DNA of 64,000 nucleotides. Origin: Octopus sinensis (lineage: Eukaryota). Both the position numbers and the translations under genes were made by a program. The stretch spans positions 71,548,001-71,612,000 of the forward strand of contig NC_043001.1 in NCBI RefSeq assembly GCF_006345805.1. Direction: 5' to 3'. How positions within the stretch are numbered: the stretch's first letter is position 1; each line of letters opens with the position of its first letter. This document shows positions 27,207 through 40,329 of the stretch, one piece after another. Below the pieces are notes generated by a model, which was given only the letters and a program-made list of their open reading frames with translations, was not told the origin of the DNA and ran no database searches.

Positions 27207-27759
27207 GAGTGAGAGAGCAGTGCATGCCATCAAAGTGACACTGGGGTAAAATATACGAAGCCCAATATACCCATCATGACTACCCGTCTGATAAAGGTAC
27301 ACCAGGCACATGCATCACAACCACATGTGCGCGACATGGTGATCTTATATCAAGATAGACAGCGCAGGACCTTGCAGGTGGGGCCCAGTTAGAATTTTCT
27401 TCAGGTTGAGTAGCCCATCCCGCTCAAACGGTCCCTGAATAAGAGTTGTTTAAGGATGTTGAACGAACCACCCATGTTTCCAAAGGTGAATTATCCAAAC
27501 CCCAAAGAATCCCTCTCAACACATGGCTATGATGCTCCCCCACTACTTCTGCTCGTGATCAGAGATGCACATATCGTCAGCCACTAAGGGACATGCTCAA
27601 CTGGTTATGGTCAAACAACTGACAAGCAAATCTGTGGTATTGAGCAGAATATTTGCTGTAGCCCATCTTTTATACCAAGACAAAACAATGTACATGATAA
27701 CACTTCCAGTCAGTTAAGATCAGAAGCCATGAGAGCCACTGCCTGGTACTGCATCAGGG

Positions 27760-27762
<3 letters not shown>
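27207..27762 (-). mobile_element. ~556-bp non-coding element bounded by (TAA)n on both sides; probable non-autonomous partner or 3' UTR of a Dong-like LINE
   Basis: Sharp boundaries into (TTA)n on each side, no ORF; orientation inferred from neighbouring elements. Confidence 0.5.
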
Positions 27763-27830
<68 letters not shown>

Positions 27831-27897
27831 GTTGCTGTTGTTGTTGTTGTTGCTGTTGTTGCTGTTGTTGTTGTTGTTGTTGTTATTAGTATCATCA

Positions 27898-27943
<46 letters not shown>

Positions 27944-28278
27944 TATGTTGTTGTTGTTGTTAAATTACTAATAAACTACCTATATTATTAGTAGTTTTCA
28001 CTTTTACCGTTTTTGTAATCAGCGTATGAGTTTAATGGATTTCTTATAAGCTGACAGGGAGAGATGACTTTAATCCTAGGCACGGTAAGAGCTACCGATG
28101 AGAATTGAGATGCTTTAGCATAAAAAAAATCGAAATTACCGGTGATCTGGCTGTCCGCTAGGGAGCTTGTCTTCCTTGTCAGTCATTGAGATAGTGCTAT
28201 CTGTGGCTATTGAGTTGTTTTGACTCTTATTTCTAGCAATGCTGGTACTACTTAATACTCTCTGTCACTTTAGTGTCG

Positions 28279-28346
<68 letters not shown>

Positions 28347-28363
28347 GATATAATAATAATATT

Positions 28364-29020
28364 AATAATAGAAATATTAAAATTACTAAGTCTCTCTAAA
28401 AGAGAACAACGGCAGCGTTCCCGGAAAATAATAGTTATCGCCATACTAATATGGCATTCTTATAAAAATAAGAATAAAGCTGTCCGCTTATTAGCTGCCG
28501 GTCAAGTAGTGTGGAGCGACTGACCTCCCTTGTTCGAAGGTTATATGGATACAGTTTGTGTATCAAATAGCTAACTTAAGGCGATGGCCTCATGGAGCTA
28601 ATAAGCGGACAGCTTTATTCTTATTTTTATAAGAATGCCATATTAGTATGGCGATAACTATTATTTTCCGGGAACGCTGCCGTTGTTCTCCTTTAGAGAG
28701 ACTTAGTAATTTTAATATTTCTATTATTGAAAACAAGTGGATGTATTCCACCGAAGCTAGGTAAATAAAACCTTCGAACAGAGATTGTCAGAAGCGACAC
28801 CTACTGGTCTGGCTACGCTGCATTGAAAAGGGGCAATACCCCGAAACGCGTCTGTAGCTGCCGGTCAAGTAGTGTGGAGCGACTGACCTCCCTTGTTCGA
28901 AGGTTATATGGATACAGTTTGTGTATCAAATAGCTAACTTAAGGCGATGGCCTCATGGAGCTAATAAGCAGACAGCTTTATTCTTATTTTTATAAGAATG
29001 CCATATTAGTATGGCGATAA
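28364..29020 (+). mobile_element. Retrozyme/Penelope-type 363-bp partial tandem with a 133-bp 5' inverted arm
   Basis: tagctgccggtcaag starts at 28492 and again at 28855; 28364-28496 is the reverse complement of 28596-28728; HHR at the unit junction. Confidence 0.85.
28809..28864 (+). ncRNA. Type I hammerhead ribozyme with U3-A8 compensatory core
   Basis: ctggc tac gctgca TTGAAAA gggg-caata-cccc GAAA cgcg TC^ tgtagc t gccgg; predicted cleavage after 28852. Confidence 0.8.
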
Positions 29021-29045
29021 ATAATATTAATAATAATAATAAAAC

Positions 29046-29100
<55 letters not shown>

Positions 29101-29136
29101 CTATATACATATATATATATATACATATATACATAC

Positions 29137-29243
<107 letters not shown>

Positions 29244-30393
29244 TGAATTTATAATCAAATTCACAACGAAAATACTTGAAGTAAATATTTTAGCAAATAC
29301 AAAATGAATGCAGGAAATTATTAGCGTTGAATATCCTTTGCCAATTTGTCTTAATCGCCCAAAAATATTTATTTCTTGTTTTCTATTTTTATACTATTTT
29401 CAAACATGTATTAAGTTCAGTGCCAGACAGATATCTATTTCACTCAGCAAGACTCGTTATATAGCGAAACTGTTAGTGTGATCCCATCAGAAGGTTATGC
29501 AAAAAATGAATCTCACAACCAACATTTTTTATTGGAATCTAATGTGTTTTAGTCGACTATTTACGACTGGGGACGGAAAACTTCCGAAGTGTGCTTCTGT
29601 TCATCTTAAGAGCAAATTAGAGTTACTTGAAAAAAAATAAACAATGAATTCAACAGCAGAATTTTAAATATTCAACTTACCATTGTAACTAGTGAGGCAC
29701 CATTGAGATTAGGATTTACGATCAAATTGAAGACGAATTGTAGGAGTAATTAATTTAGAAACGATGTCTGAAGAGTCGAAATACATATTTGTGAAGGATT
29801 AGAGCGAATTTCTTCTTTTCAAATACCATTTTTGAGACGTAGTTTAAAAGAAGGTTCAACAAACTTGAAGTTGGAAGATATTATTTTGGTAAGGGATCAG
29901 TTGGAGCGATAACGAGCATTGTCTCTCCTCTTCTCATCTCAGGAACATATTTTAACAACAAACCCGTTCTATTGACGTCTTTTAATACCAGTCATATACT
30001 GGGGTTGATACAGTGGATTTTAAACACCTTACAAATCTTCAACCATATGCTAAAGTAATAAATTCTCATCTGTAAGCAATAAATCTGTGTTAGTAACTTA
30101 GATGGTTTGTTTTATGAATCCAATTCTTTCTTTTTATTTGTTTTTTTATATTCTTGTTGTTGCTGTTGTGCGCCCTGGTTCTGCTTCCACAACTGTCTTC
30201 TCTTCAAGAACTTCTACTTAATGGGTCTAACTTCCATCAATATTACCATTTTATCGCCCTTTACACTTAGAGTCATCTCTAGCATCACATTGAAATGCAA
30301 TTATCTCCGACTAACAGACAAAACATGATTCTGCATTCGAAATAAGTTAAAATAGCCGTAAAAAAGTTTTTATTCATATTATTACTCCCGCTG

Positions 30394-30454
<61 letters not shown>

Positions 30455-30502
30455 TACTACAGCAATTAATGCTGCGATTACAATTACCACCACTACTACG
30501 GC

Positions 30503-30558
<56 letters not shown>

Positions 30559-30870
30559 TAGTAGTAGTAGTAGTGGTGGTGCTGATGTTGTTGATTCAGA
30601 TGACAGAGAGGACGTTGTTATACTTGTTCATTTCCTCATCTTCTTTATGGCCAACATTAGAATGGGAATCATTATCATCATAATCATCAACAACAACATC
30701 ATCATCATTATCATCACCATCATTACCATCATTACCATCATCATCATCAACATCATCATCGTCGTCGTCGTCATCATCATCGCCGCCGTCATCATCATCG
30801 CCACCATCAGCATCATCGACAACATCATCATTATTAACTACACCAACGACACCATCAACATCTATCTACA
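30394..30870. repeat. (CTA)n...(TAG)n self-complementary tract followed by an (ATC)n compound microsatellite
   Basis: Direct reading. Confidence 0.9.
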
Positions 30871-30990
30871 ACTAGATATACTACCGCTAGTTATGTTTAC
30901 TGCTCAACGTAGTTTCGTTTCTCGTCTGCTTCCAGTATATGTGTGTGTACGTGTGTTTGTGCATATACATATATATACATATATATATAT

Positions 30991-31055
<65 letters not shown>

Positions 31056-32052
31056 TATACATATATGTACATATAGATACATACATTCATATATATATAC
31101 ACGTATGTAAATACATGTATATATGCATATATATACACAGACATGGATACAGTGTATACAAATACACACATTCATACATGTTTGTGTGCTTGTGTGTTTT
31201 TGTATATGTAAACATATATAGAGAAAAAAACTGGAAATTATTGAATATATACACATATGTATATACACACTGAGAGAAAGAGAGAGAGAATACAATATAT
31301 ATAATTACATATATTATGTTTATATATCATGGAAACATGATGTATATTCAACACGTAGTAATAGTTATTCTATATATATACATACATACACATTCACACA
31401 CAGACACGCACTCGCACGTGAGCACACACACACACACCAACATATATACATACATGTGTGTGTGTGTGTGTTTGTACATATACATATACAATTATATGTA
31501 TACGGATGAGTGTATAAAAGTTATGACCATTTCCACTGTGGTACCTTACTTATAGCAACTTATCCTACAGATTCAACCAAGGTGTTTCTATTTTAAGCGG
31601 TTAAATGCAATAAACTCTTAAAGTCGGATGATAAAAGTGTCTGACCTCATACGTTACTCAATGCTTTATTGACGTCCACGGCAAGATCAACAAATAGTTT
31701 ATGCATCGTAGAAAATATGATATGAACTTGCCAGCGAAGTTTGTATTCATATCAATGTAACTCTGTACCAAACTTTACGTATACCTAATATCAGAGAAAT
31801 AAATATCTTGTACATTGACATTCCGAAGTGTTTACCAATTATCTTTAAATATCAAACACACACACACACATACGCGCGCGCACAGAAACACACACATACA
31901 CACACATGGTCATACACTCACGTAACATATAAAGAAAGACACAAACATATGTACACCTATACAGAAACAGGAAAATACAAAAGCACACACAAATATATTT
32001 TTGTATTTACATATGTGCGCACCAAAGGTTATACCGAGCATATAAATCACAC

Positions 32053-32088
<36 letters not shown>

Positions 32089-32314
32089 GCACGTGCGCGC
32101 CGATGCTTCCTCGGACGCACAAACTCGCCACAAACTTTAAAATAATCTCATATTTAGTTGTCTCTGGATGTGTGAGTGTGTGTATATCTGTGAATATCTT
32201 CGTCTATGTATTGTTCAAATGTGTATATCTACTTTTATTTGTTTACTAACTATACGTATGTATGTGCGTAAGTGTATTAATAATTCTGAATATGTTTAAC
32301 TCAATATATTTTCC

Positions 32315-32359
<45 letters not shown>

Positions 32360-32382
32360 AGGTTTCTATATGAATATGTATG

Positions 32383-32424
<42 letters not shown>

Positions 32425-32491
32425 TAGAGAGAGAGAGAGAGATGTAGATAGATAGATATATATGTATGTATGTATCCATATATATGTATGC

Positions 32492-32545
<54 letters not shown>

Positions 32546-32596
32546 ATATATATTTGTTTTGCAAGCCTTTTGATGTGAAATCGTGTTTTGAAACGG

Positions 32597-32773
32597 ATAT
32601 CGTTGTATTTAGGAATGGTCATTTTGCCAGTTTAGCCAATAAAAACACACGTACTATATATTTGGTGTTATTTTGCTTCAGCGTTATTTACTTTTTACAT
32701 TAATCTTAATCTCATTTCGGCCAGAGTTCTTTCGTCACACTCCTGTGACCGCATCATTGGTCCTTTGCTTTCT
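32597..32773 (-). repeat. Inverted partner of 34610-34787 (HHR-like repeat, C3 mutated to A in this copy)
   Basis: Reverse complement aligns along its length with 34610-34787. Confidence 0.85.
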
Positions 32774-32992
32774 ACTTTCACCACAAGATATGACAGAAGA
32801 GGATCCCCATAAACTGGTTACAAATTAAACAAAACTGAAAACATAATAAAATAAAATACACAGATAAATAAACAAATGGAAATAGAAAACTATATACATA
32901 GAATTTTTTTATTATTATTACTATTATTATTGTTATACATACATACATACATAATAATAGTAATAATAATAATAATAATAATAACAATAATA

Positions 32993-33026
<34 letters not shown>

Positions 33027-33040
33027 TAATAATAATAATA

Positions 33041-34309
33041 TCCTTAACTGGACACGAAATGAACTGTCCAAAATAGATAGGAAAACAAGAAAAATACTGA
33101 CAGGATCTAGGATGCATCACCCAAAATCTGACATAGAAAGACTATATATACAACGTATAGAAGGTGGTAGAGGCCTTATACAGCTGGAAAACTACTATAA
33201 AATAACCACCATAGGACTGCAAAAATACCTACTTCAGAAGGAAGGAAAATTGATCCAGATAGCAGCAAAACACGAGCAAAACAAAAAACTGTTCTCAGTA
33301 TTTAAGGAAGCTGACAAATACAAACAAGAAATCATACCACCTAATAAACACAAAGAAGAAGAAGAAGATGATGAAGAAACAACAAAAGCTATAAAACAAA
33401 TGAAATCCAAACTAAAAATAGAACAGCAACGAGCCATGATAAAACGATGGCAAGAAAAGCCCCTTCATGGTAAATACTGCACTAAACTAAACGCAAAAGA
33501 AATAGACAAAGAAAAATCCCAGCAATGGTTGAGAAGCTCAGGACTCAAAGCAGAAACAGAGGGATTTTTAATTGCAGCACAAGACCAAAGCCTCCCCACC
33601 AGAAATTACCAAAAACATGTAATGAAAAGAAATATTACAAGTAACTGCAGAATATGTGGAGATGGACAAGAAACAATAAATCATATTATCTCTAGCTGCC
33701 CAGTCCTGGCTAAGAAGGAATATATTCACAGACATGACAGAGTTGGAACTTACATACATTGGAAGCTATGCCAACATTATGGAATAACAACAGAAAAAAG
33801 ATGGTATAGGCACACACCAGAAAAGGTCACAGAAAACGAGAAAGCAACCATACTCTGGGATATGCCGATACACACAGATAGAGAAATTAAAGCCAACAGA
33901 CCAGATATAGTTGTCAGAGATCATGAAGAAAAAAAATGCTTTCTAATTGATGTATCAATACCGGCAGATGACAACGTGTCTCTAAAAGAAATGGAGAAAC
34001 TCTCAAAATACAAAGACCTGGAAATAGAGGTAACTAGAATGTGGAACCTGAAAACAGAAACAATTCCTATCATAGTAGGTGCATTAGGCATGATAAAAAA
34101 ATATTCAGACAAATACATAACAAAAACACCAGGACTTACAAACACATATAACATACAGAAAATTGCACTACCAGGCACTGCACACATCCTACGCAGAACA
34201 CTTTCCATACAATAACCATCAGAGCATCACAACAAATCACAGCACATACCCAAGGCACACAGAGCTGCGCTCGGTAGTGAAGTGAAAGCACGCTATAAAA
34301 ATAAAACTT

Positions 34310-34312
<3 letters not shown>
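33041..34312 (+). mobile_element. R4/Dong-like LINE 3' fragment with uninterrupted ORF (late RT, CCHC knuckle, RLE)
   Basis: ORF to 34215: HPKSDIERLYI..GGRGL, CRICGDGQETINHIISSC, RHDRVG, RPDIVVRD, IDVSIP, EKLSKYKDL; (TAA)n on both sides. Confidence 0.95.
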
Positions 34313-34355
<43 letters not shown>

Positions 34356-34399
34356 TATAATAATAATAATGATGATAATATAATAATAATAATAATATA

Positions 34400-34437
<38 letters not shown>

Positions 34438-34609
34438 GTGGGTGTAATCATATGAACAAAATAAGAATAAAAAAAGGCATCCCCCCACCCACACACTATA
34501 ACTAAACATAGACGCACGTAGAGATATATGCATGCGCAAATGAAGACACATACAATAGAAATACAAAATGGCTGATGGTTAGTAAGGAGAGACACACAAA
34601 TAACAAAGA

Positions 34610-34787
34610 AGAAAGCAAAGGACCACTGATGCGGTCACAAGAGTGTGATGAAAGAACTCTGGCCGAAATAAGATTAACATTAATGTAAAAAATAAATAAC
34701 GCTGAAGCAAAGTAAAACCAAGTATATAGTGCCTGTGTTTTTATTGGCTAAACTGGCAAAATGACCATTCCTAAATACAACAATATA
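34610..34787 (+). repeat. Repeat carrying a variant hammerhead-like fold (34620-34664)
   Basis: ggacca CTGATG cg gtcaca-agag-tgtgat GAAA gaac TC tggcc; A9 position is non-canonical. Confidence 0.5.
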
Positions 34788-34808
34788 TATATATATAATA
34801 TATATATA

Positions 34809-34856
<48 letters not shown>

Positions 34857-34973
34857 TTATTTATTTTTATTTTTATTTTGTCTAGTTTCAGCTCACAAGC
34901 TGCGGCCATGCTGGGGCAACCCCATTTGGGGTTGCTACATGATTTTACTTCACGAATGCTTTTTATAGACGCC

Positions 34974-35047
<74 letters not shown>

Positions 35048-35069
35048 GCCAACAATATATATATATATA

Positions 35070-36758
35070 CACTACCGTCAGAAATTAATTAGCACCCTTG
35101 ATTTGCTCTTCACTCAAGGTATTTGCTGTCACCTAGTGGCCATATCTCGAACTATTGCTTTGTTGCGAGTTCACTGTTGCGCAGAACGATGACGTAACTT
35201 TGTTTGCAGAGCGGTTTGAGAGTCTACAGCCTAATGATGTTGACATAGCAGTGCAACAACAACTTGCAGTGCGGATGCAGACAAATCTTCCTTTGTTTAA
35301 TAGATATAGGTAGCGCCTCGCAAGGACCGAAATCACACCATACTAAGTTTTCTCATCGCGTAAGACGTTTTGAACAGCTCGTAGGTTAATTGATTTGTGT
35401 ATTTGCAAGATTTTTTTTCCTCACAAATTCTCCTACACTCTGCTTGGTGACGGCACTTCCGGTTCACAAAACTTTCTGTTATACATCAAATAAGGTGAGA
35501 AATTCTGCTTTCTTTCTTTTTTGTTTAATGAATAATAACTCATAGCAGTTTTGTTATAGCATAACATTATTCAAATGAATAGTTTTAATGAAAATAACTG
35601 GTTTTTATCGTTCATTCCTAGATGGGCCCAAGACCTCGCATGACCTTGGAGAGACGGTACGAGGCTCTCTCGTGGCGTGGGAAGCTGTCGGAGGTTGCAA
35701 TAGCCAGAAAATTTGGTGTAGCCAGGCGCACAATTCAGTGCTTATTTAACAAATACGAGGAAACCGGATCAGCAGCTGACAAAAAGGGTAGGGGACGGAA
35801 GAGGCTGACGACCCAGCGGGAGGACCGGATCATGATCCGAATGTCACTGTACAACGGAAGGGCAACGATCCGGCAACTGGCGGAGGAGATGCAAAAGATG
35901 ACAGGGAAGCAGTTGTCTACAACCACCGTCAAGACCAGATTACTGGAAGCTGGTCTAAAATCCTGTAGGGCCGCCCAAAACCGGAAGAGGCAGCTGCTCT
36001 GGGCCCGTGCCCACAAGACATGGACCGTGCAGCAGTGGCGGACAGTGATGTTCACTGACGAGTCGCGATTCAGTCTCGTCAGTGACAAGCCTGTCCATGT
36101 GCGACGCCGCAGGGGTGAGCGCTTCAATAAAGACTGCATTGCTCCCACCATGAAGCATGGTGGGGGTGGTCTGATGGTGTGAGGGACGTTCAGCTACAGT
36201 GGTGTTGGGCGGCTCTATGCCCTCGAAGGCAACATCAACGCAGCAAAGTACGTTGAGATAGTACGGGATACCTCTTTGGTGGCGAGGAGTACGTGCTCCA
36301 GCAGGACAATGCGCCTTCCCACACAGCCAAGCTCACAACCGGTTTCTTCAAGGACCATGGGGTGACGGTCATGGACTGGCCTGGCCAGTCACCTGACCTG
36401 AACCCTATTGAGAACCTCTGGAGTCGATTGGGTAGGGATTTGAATGTGCAGCAATACAGGAACCGACACAAGCTGTTTGAGGCACTTCTTGCTGCATGGG
36501 GGGCCATCCCTGCACAGTACCTGCAGGCACTCATAGACAGCATGCCGACCCGCGTAGCAGCTGTCATTGCTGCCAAAGGAGGAGCAACAAGATATTGACT
36601 AAATTTCACGATTAATAACAATTATGTGGTGTACCGGGATATGTTTTAATAAATTTTTGATTAAAAACGAGTTCGTTTCTTATAAATGTTAATTAAATTA
36701 AGAAAATGTAAGAAAATGTAGAAATTTGAGAAGTGCTAATTAATTTCCGACGCAAGTG
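35070..36758 (+). mobile_element. Near-full-length Tc1-family DD34E transposon (defective)
   Basis: TIRs cactaccgtcagaaattaattagcac / gtgctaattaatttccgacgcaagtg, TA on both sides; TDES, QQDNAP..SPDLNPIE with 34 residues between D and E; TGA in place of W at ~36180 plus a frameshift. Confidence 0.97.
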
Positions 36759-36767
36759 TATATATAT

Positions 36768-36960
36768 ACAGACGCCATGATAGATCGTTAGCCACTACAC
36801 ACAATTTTTTCTCTCCTTGTTTTCTGTGTCCCCTTCTGTAGAAGAGCGTAGGCTCGAAACGTAAAAGACTTTTTCTATTCCTGAGCGTTATACTAATACA
36901 TCTGTTTGTTTTGTACACCACCTGTCTTCGTCTTTTGTTGTTTTTTCGTAAACTTTCCCT
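36768..36960 (+). repeat. ~190-bp (TA)n-embedded repeat with a minimal HHR-like motif (36831-36867)
   Basis: ccctt CTGTAGA a gagc-gtag-gctc GAAA cgta aaag; second copy at 45981-46168 on minus. Confidence 0.6.
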
Positions 36961-37071
36961 ATATGTGCGGGTATGTACATATATATATACATACATATAT
37001 ATATATACATATATAATACATATATATATATATTATACATATATATAATATATACATACATACACATATAT

Positions 37072-37125
<54 letters not shown>

Positions 37126-37699
37126 TATATACATATATATATACATATATACATATATATGCATACATATATGTATATATATACTTATAAAAATGTTGAA
37201 CTTTTTCTTTGTATTTTTTTTTACTCTATACTTCATATTCTTTTATTAATAACATTTTGTTGTATTCGAGGACCTTCAGAAAGATTTGCATATTTCTTAA
37301 TGTTTCAAACACACGACCCGAAAGCAAATGATTTACTCTCTCATTTATTACTTTAAAGCTTTTAATTTAAGAGACCAACTTCGTGTGGTGTTATATCTAG
37401 GGTTTGGTCTACGACAAACACTTTTTTAAAATTCTTATCCGTTATATATTAAAAATTTTTCACTATCTAAAGTTATGTTGCGATCCAAAGCGAACGCACA
37501 CACACACGCACAAACACACGCACACACACACACATGCACAACAAAACACACACACACAGAGATCCGAACCCGCGATCCCTCGACCGCGAGTCCGCTGTTC
37601 TAACCACTAGGCCATGTACTTCTACATCACTGTTTCGAAAAGTATATTTCAAAGCATACAGTGCTATAAAGAAAATCATATGAACATTGTATTAAGAGA

Positions 37700-38599
37700 C
37701 AATTTTGATTTGCTTCTCAGCCACACGATTTGGGATTCAGTCCCACTGCGTGGCACATTGGGCAAGTGCCTTCTTCTATAGCCTCGGGCCGACCAAAGCC
37801 TTGTGATTGGATTTGATATATGGAAACCGAAAGAAGCTCGCCATATATATGTATATATAATATAAATAATATATAAATATATGCATATATACATACATAT
37901 ATGTACATACCTACATATATATGTAATTATACATGCATATATGGTACAGGACATCTCCTCCTTGACTCTCTCGTCGCTGACACGTGACGAAAGGGAATCT
38001 ATCTTTTCTTCCTAAAGACAAGATGTGCTTATACCTGTCTCCTCTCATAGCTCGTCCTCCTCGCGTTCATAATATTCTTTCTATCGCCTTGACTTAACAG
38101 CCCTCACCGTTTGTTTTCACTGTCTTTTTCTCACTGTCCTGTTCTTGTTACCACTTTCACCTTCTGCAAAAAATCCCAATTTTACTTAATTTGCTTTGCA
38201 AGAAGGACTGTTTCAACGAATTTGCGTATTGTCCTTGCCTACGCGGAGTAGATGAAACAGTGACAACTGATGAAGGGGAATATTTTTATGTTGCATGTCT
38301 CGTTTCTGTTTTTTTTTTCATTGTTCGAAAAAAGTTCGTTTTGTATGTTTTTGTTTTTATGTTTTCGTTTCTCATTGTAGTCAAGGTTATTTTGATGTCC
38401 TGTACACATATATGCATGTATATATACATATATATGTAGGTATGTACGTATATGTATGTATATATGAATATATTTGTATATTATTTATATTATTATTATG
38501 CGATCGAACGCCACGCATCCTTTTCCAAGTAAGTTTTTATGTACACACACGCGCGCGCGCACACACACACACGCACACACACACACACACACACATACG

Positions 38600-38679
<80 letters not shown>

Positions 38680-39062
38680 AGCAGGAATGGTTGTGTTGTA
38701 AGAAGCTTGCTTCCCAACCACATCGTTCGGGGTTCAGTCCCACTGCGTGTCACCTTGGGCAAGTGTCTTGTACTATAGCCTCGGTCCGACAAAAGCCCTA
38801 TAAGTGGATTCGGTAGATGGAAGGTGAAAGAAGCCCGTCGTTTACATATATACGTATATGTATGTATTTGTGTGTATGTGTGTTTGTCCTCCTACTCTTG
38901 ACAACCGATGTTGGTGTATTTACGTCCCTGTAACTTAGCGGTTCGGCAAAAGAGACCGATAGAATAAGTACTAGGCTTAAAAGAATAAGTCCTGGGGTAG
39001 ATTTGTTCGACTAAAGGCGATGTTCCAGCATGGTTGTAGTCAAACGACTGAAAGAAGTAAAA
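37700..39062 (+). mobile_element. SINE copies: head at 37700-37845 and full-length copy at 38677-39062
   Basis: ttcagtcccactgcgtg..ttgggcaagtg..gcctcgg..; tail aagtcctggggtagatttgttcgactaaaggcg. Confidence 0.8.
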
Positions 39063-39074
39063 GGATTATGTATG

Positions 39075-39126
<52 letters not shown>

Positions 39127-39919
39127 CATGCACACATACATACGTATGTACAGATACATGTGTACGAATGTACCTATATGTGTGTGTGTGCGTGTGTGTG
39201 TGCGTGCTTGTATGCGTGTGTGTGTGTCGTATACATGTCTATATACATGTATTTTTATGTATGTTTGCATGTACAAACGCAAGAAGTTCTGAGTAAACAC
39301 TCACGAAAACTCACATTTGAATGAATAATTTTATTCTACTCCGCATATCATTATTGAGAACTTTATTCGCTTAATTGCATCTCACATCCACGTAAACCTC
39401 CAAACATCTTATATATGCGAGTTCCTCTGTGAGTATGTGTTTGTGTGTGCGGGGAAGTGTCGAGTGTGTATGTGTGTTTCCGTAGGTGTATTAAGTGTGT
39501 AAGTGTATCTTCATATGTGTCTATTTTTAATATTTTGCTTTTTTTTTATGTACGCATCCTGTGTAACAGCGTTTTTAATGTACACACGCTCGTCCATACA
39601 ATAACTACGCACTCACACACACGGACACACATACGTATACATACAACACATAGTCAAAGAGATTATGCCCTACATATACACATTTGTATACTTTTATGTA
39701 AAGAGAAACGTGTGTTGGATCCATACTTAGCTAATGTTAAGCTATTAACAAACAATAATATTCAACCAATTAATAAGACATTGGTAACATACAAGTTGTT
39801 AATATTAGAATCTCTTCGATAAATAATTTGTGAGTGTTATGACTCAGTACATATCAATATTTTTAGAGGCGAGGTTTTCCATTAAATACTTAGAAATAGA
39901 AATCAGAGGTAGATTGCGA

Positions 39920-39927
39920 GATAGATT

Positions 39928-40024
<97 letters not shown>
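39920..40024. repeat. (GATA)n microsatellite
   Basis: Direct reading. Confidence 0.98.
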
Positions 40025-40025
<1 letters not shown>

Positions 40026-40329
40026 AAACAAAACAAAGGAAATTTTGTTCACAAATTACATAGTCACGACAACTTACACATATTCATTAATAATGATAAC
40101 CATTAAATTTTTTTAAACCACAGAAGCGGATTACATCACTAAACCTTCAGAAATTGTGTAATACATACAAATAATCTTTAAGATTTAATGGATATTGGAT
40201 AGTGTTACCAACGACTATATTAGCCTATGGAGTCCTGGATACTGGCTATGTGTGATGCAATTTAAACTGAACGTCATAATTATATGCATGTATATATGCA
40301 TGTATGTATGCATGTTAATGTATGTATGG

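Noticed and set aside
28239-28523. Repeated peptide IEILKLLSLSKREQRQRSRKI.. (also 28953 and 47250)
   Set aside because: Antisense or inverted-arm shadow of the 363-bp HHR repeat, fused to microsatellite; no evidence of coding
29760-29800. CTGAAGA-gtc-GAAA motif
   Set aside because: No stem II is possible and stem I does not pair
29700-29950. Faint resemblance to a BEL/Pao integrase C-terminus (NLKLEDIILVRD)
   Set aside because: Needs several frameshifts and stops; no LTR or other domain visible
38255-38345. CTGATGA...GAAA in a repeat-like region
   Set aside because: Stems I and II cannot be formed adjacent to the core
40114-40260. Exon-like pieces EADYITKPSEIV and FNGYWIVLPTTILAYG
   Set aside because: Joining them would need a 25-nt intron, and the frame ends in a stop
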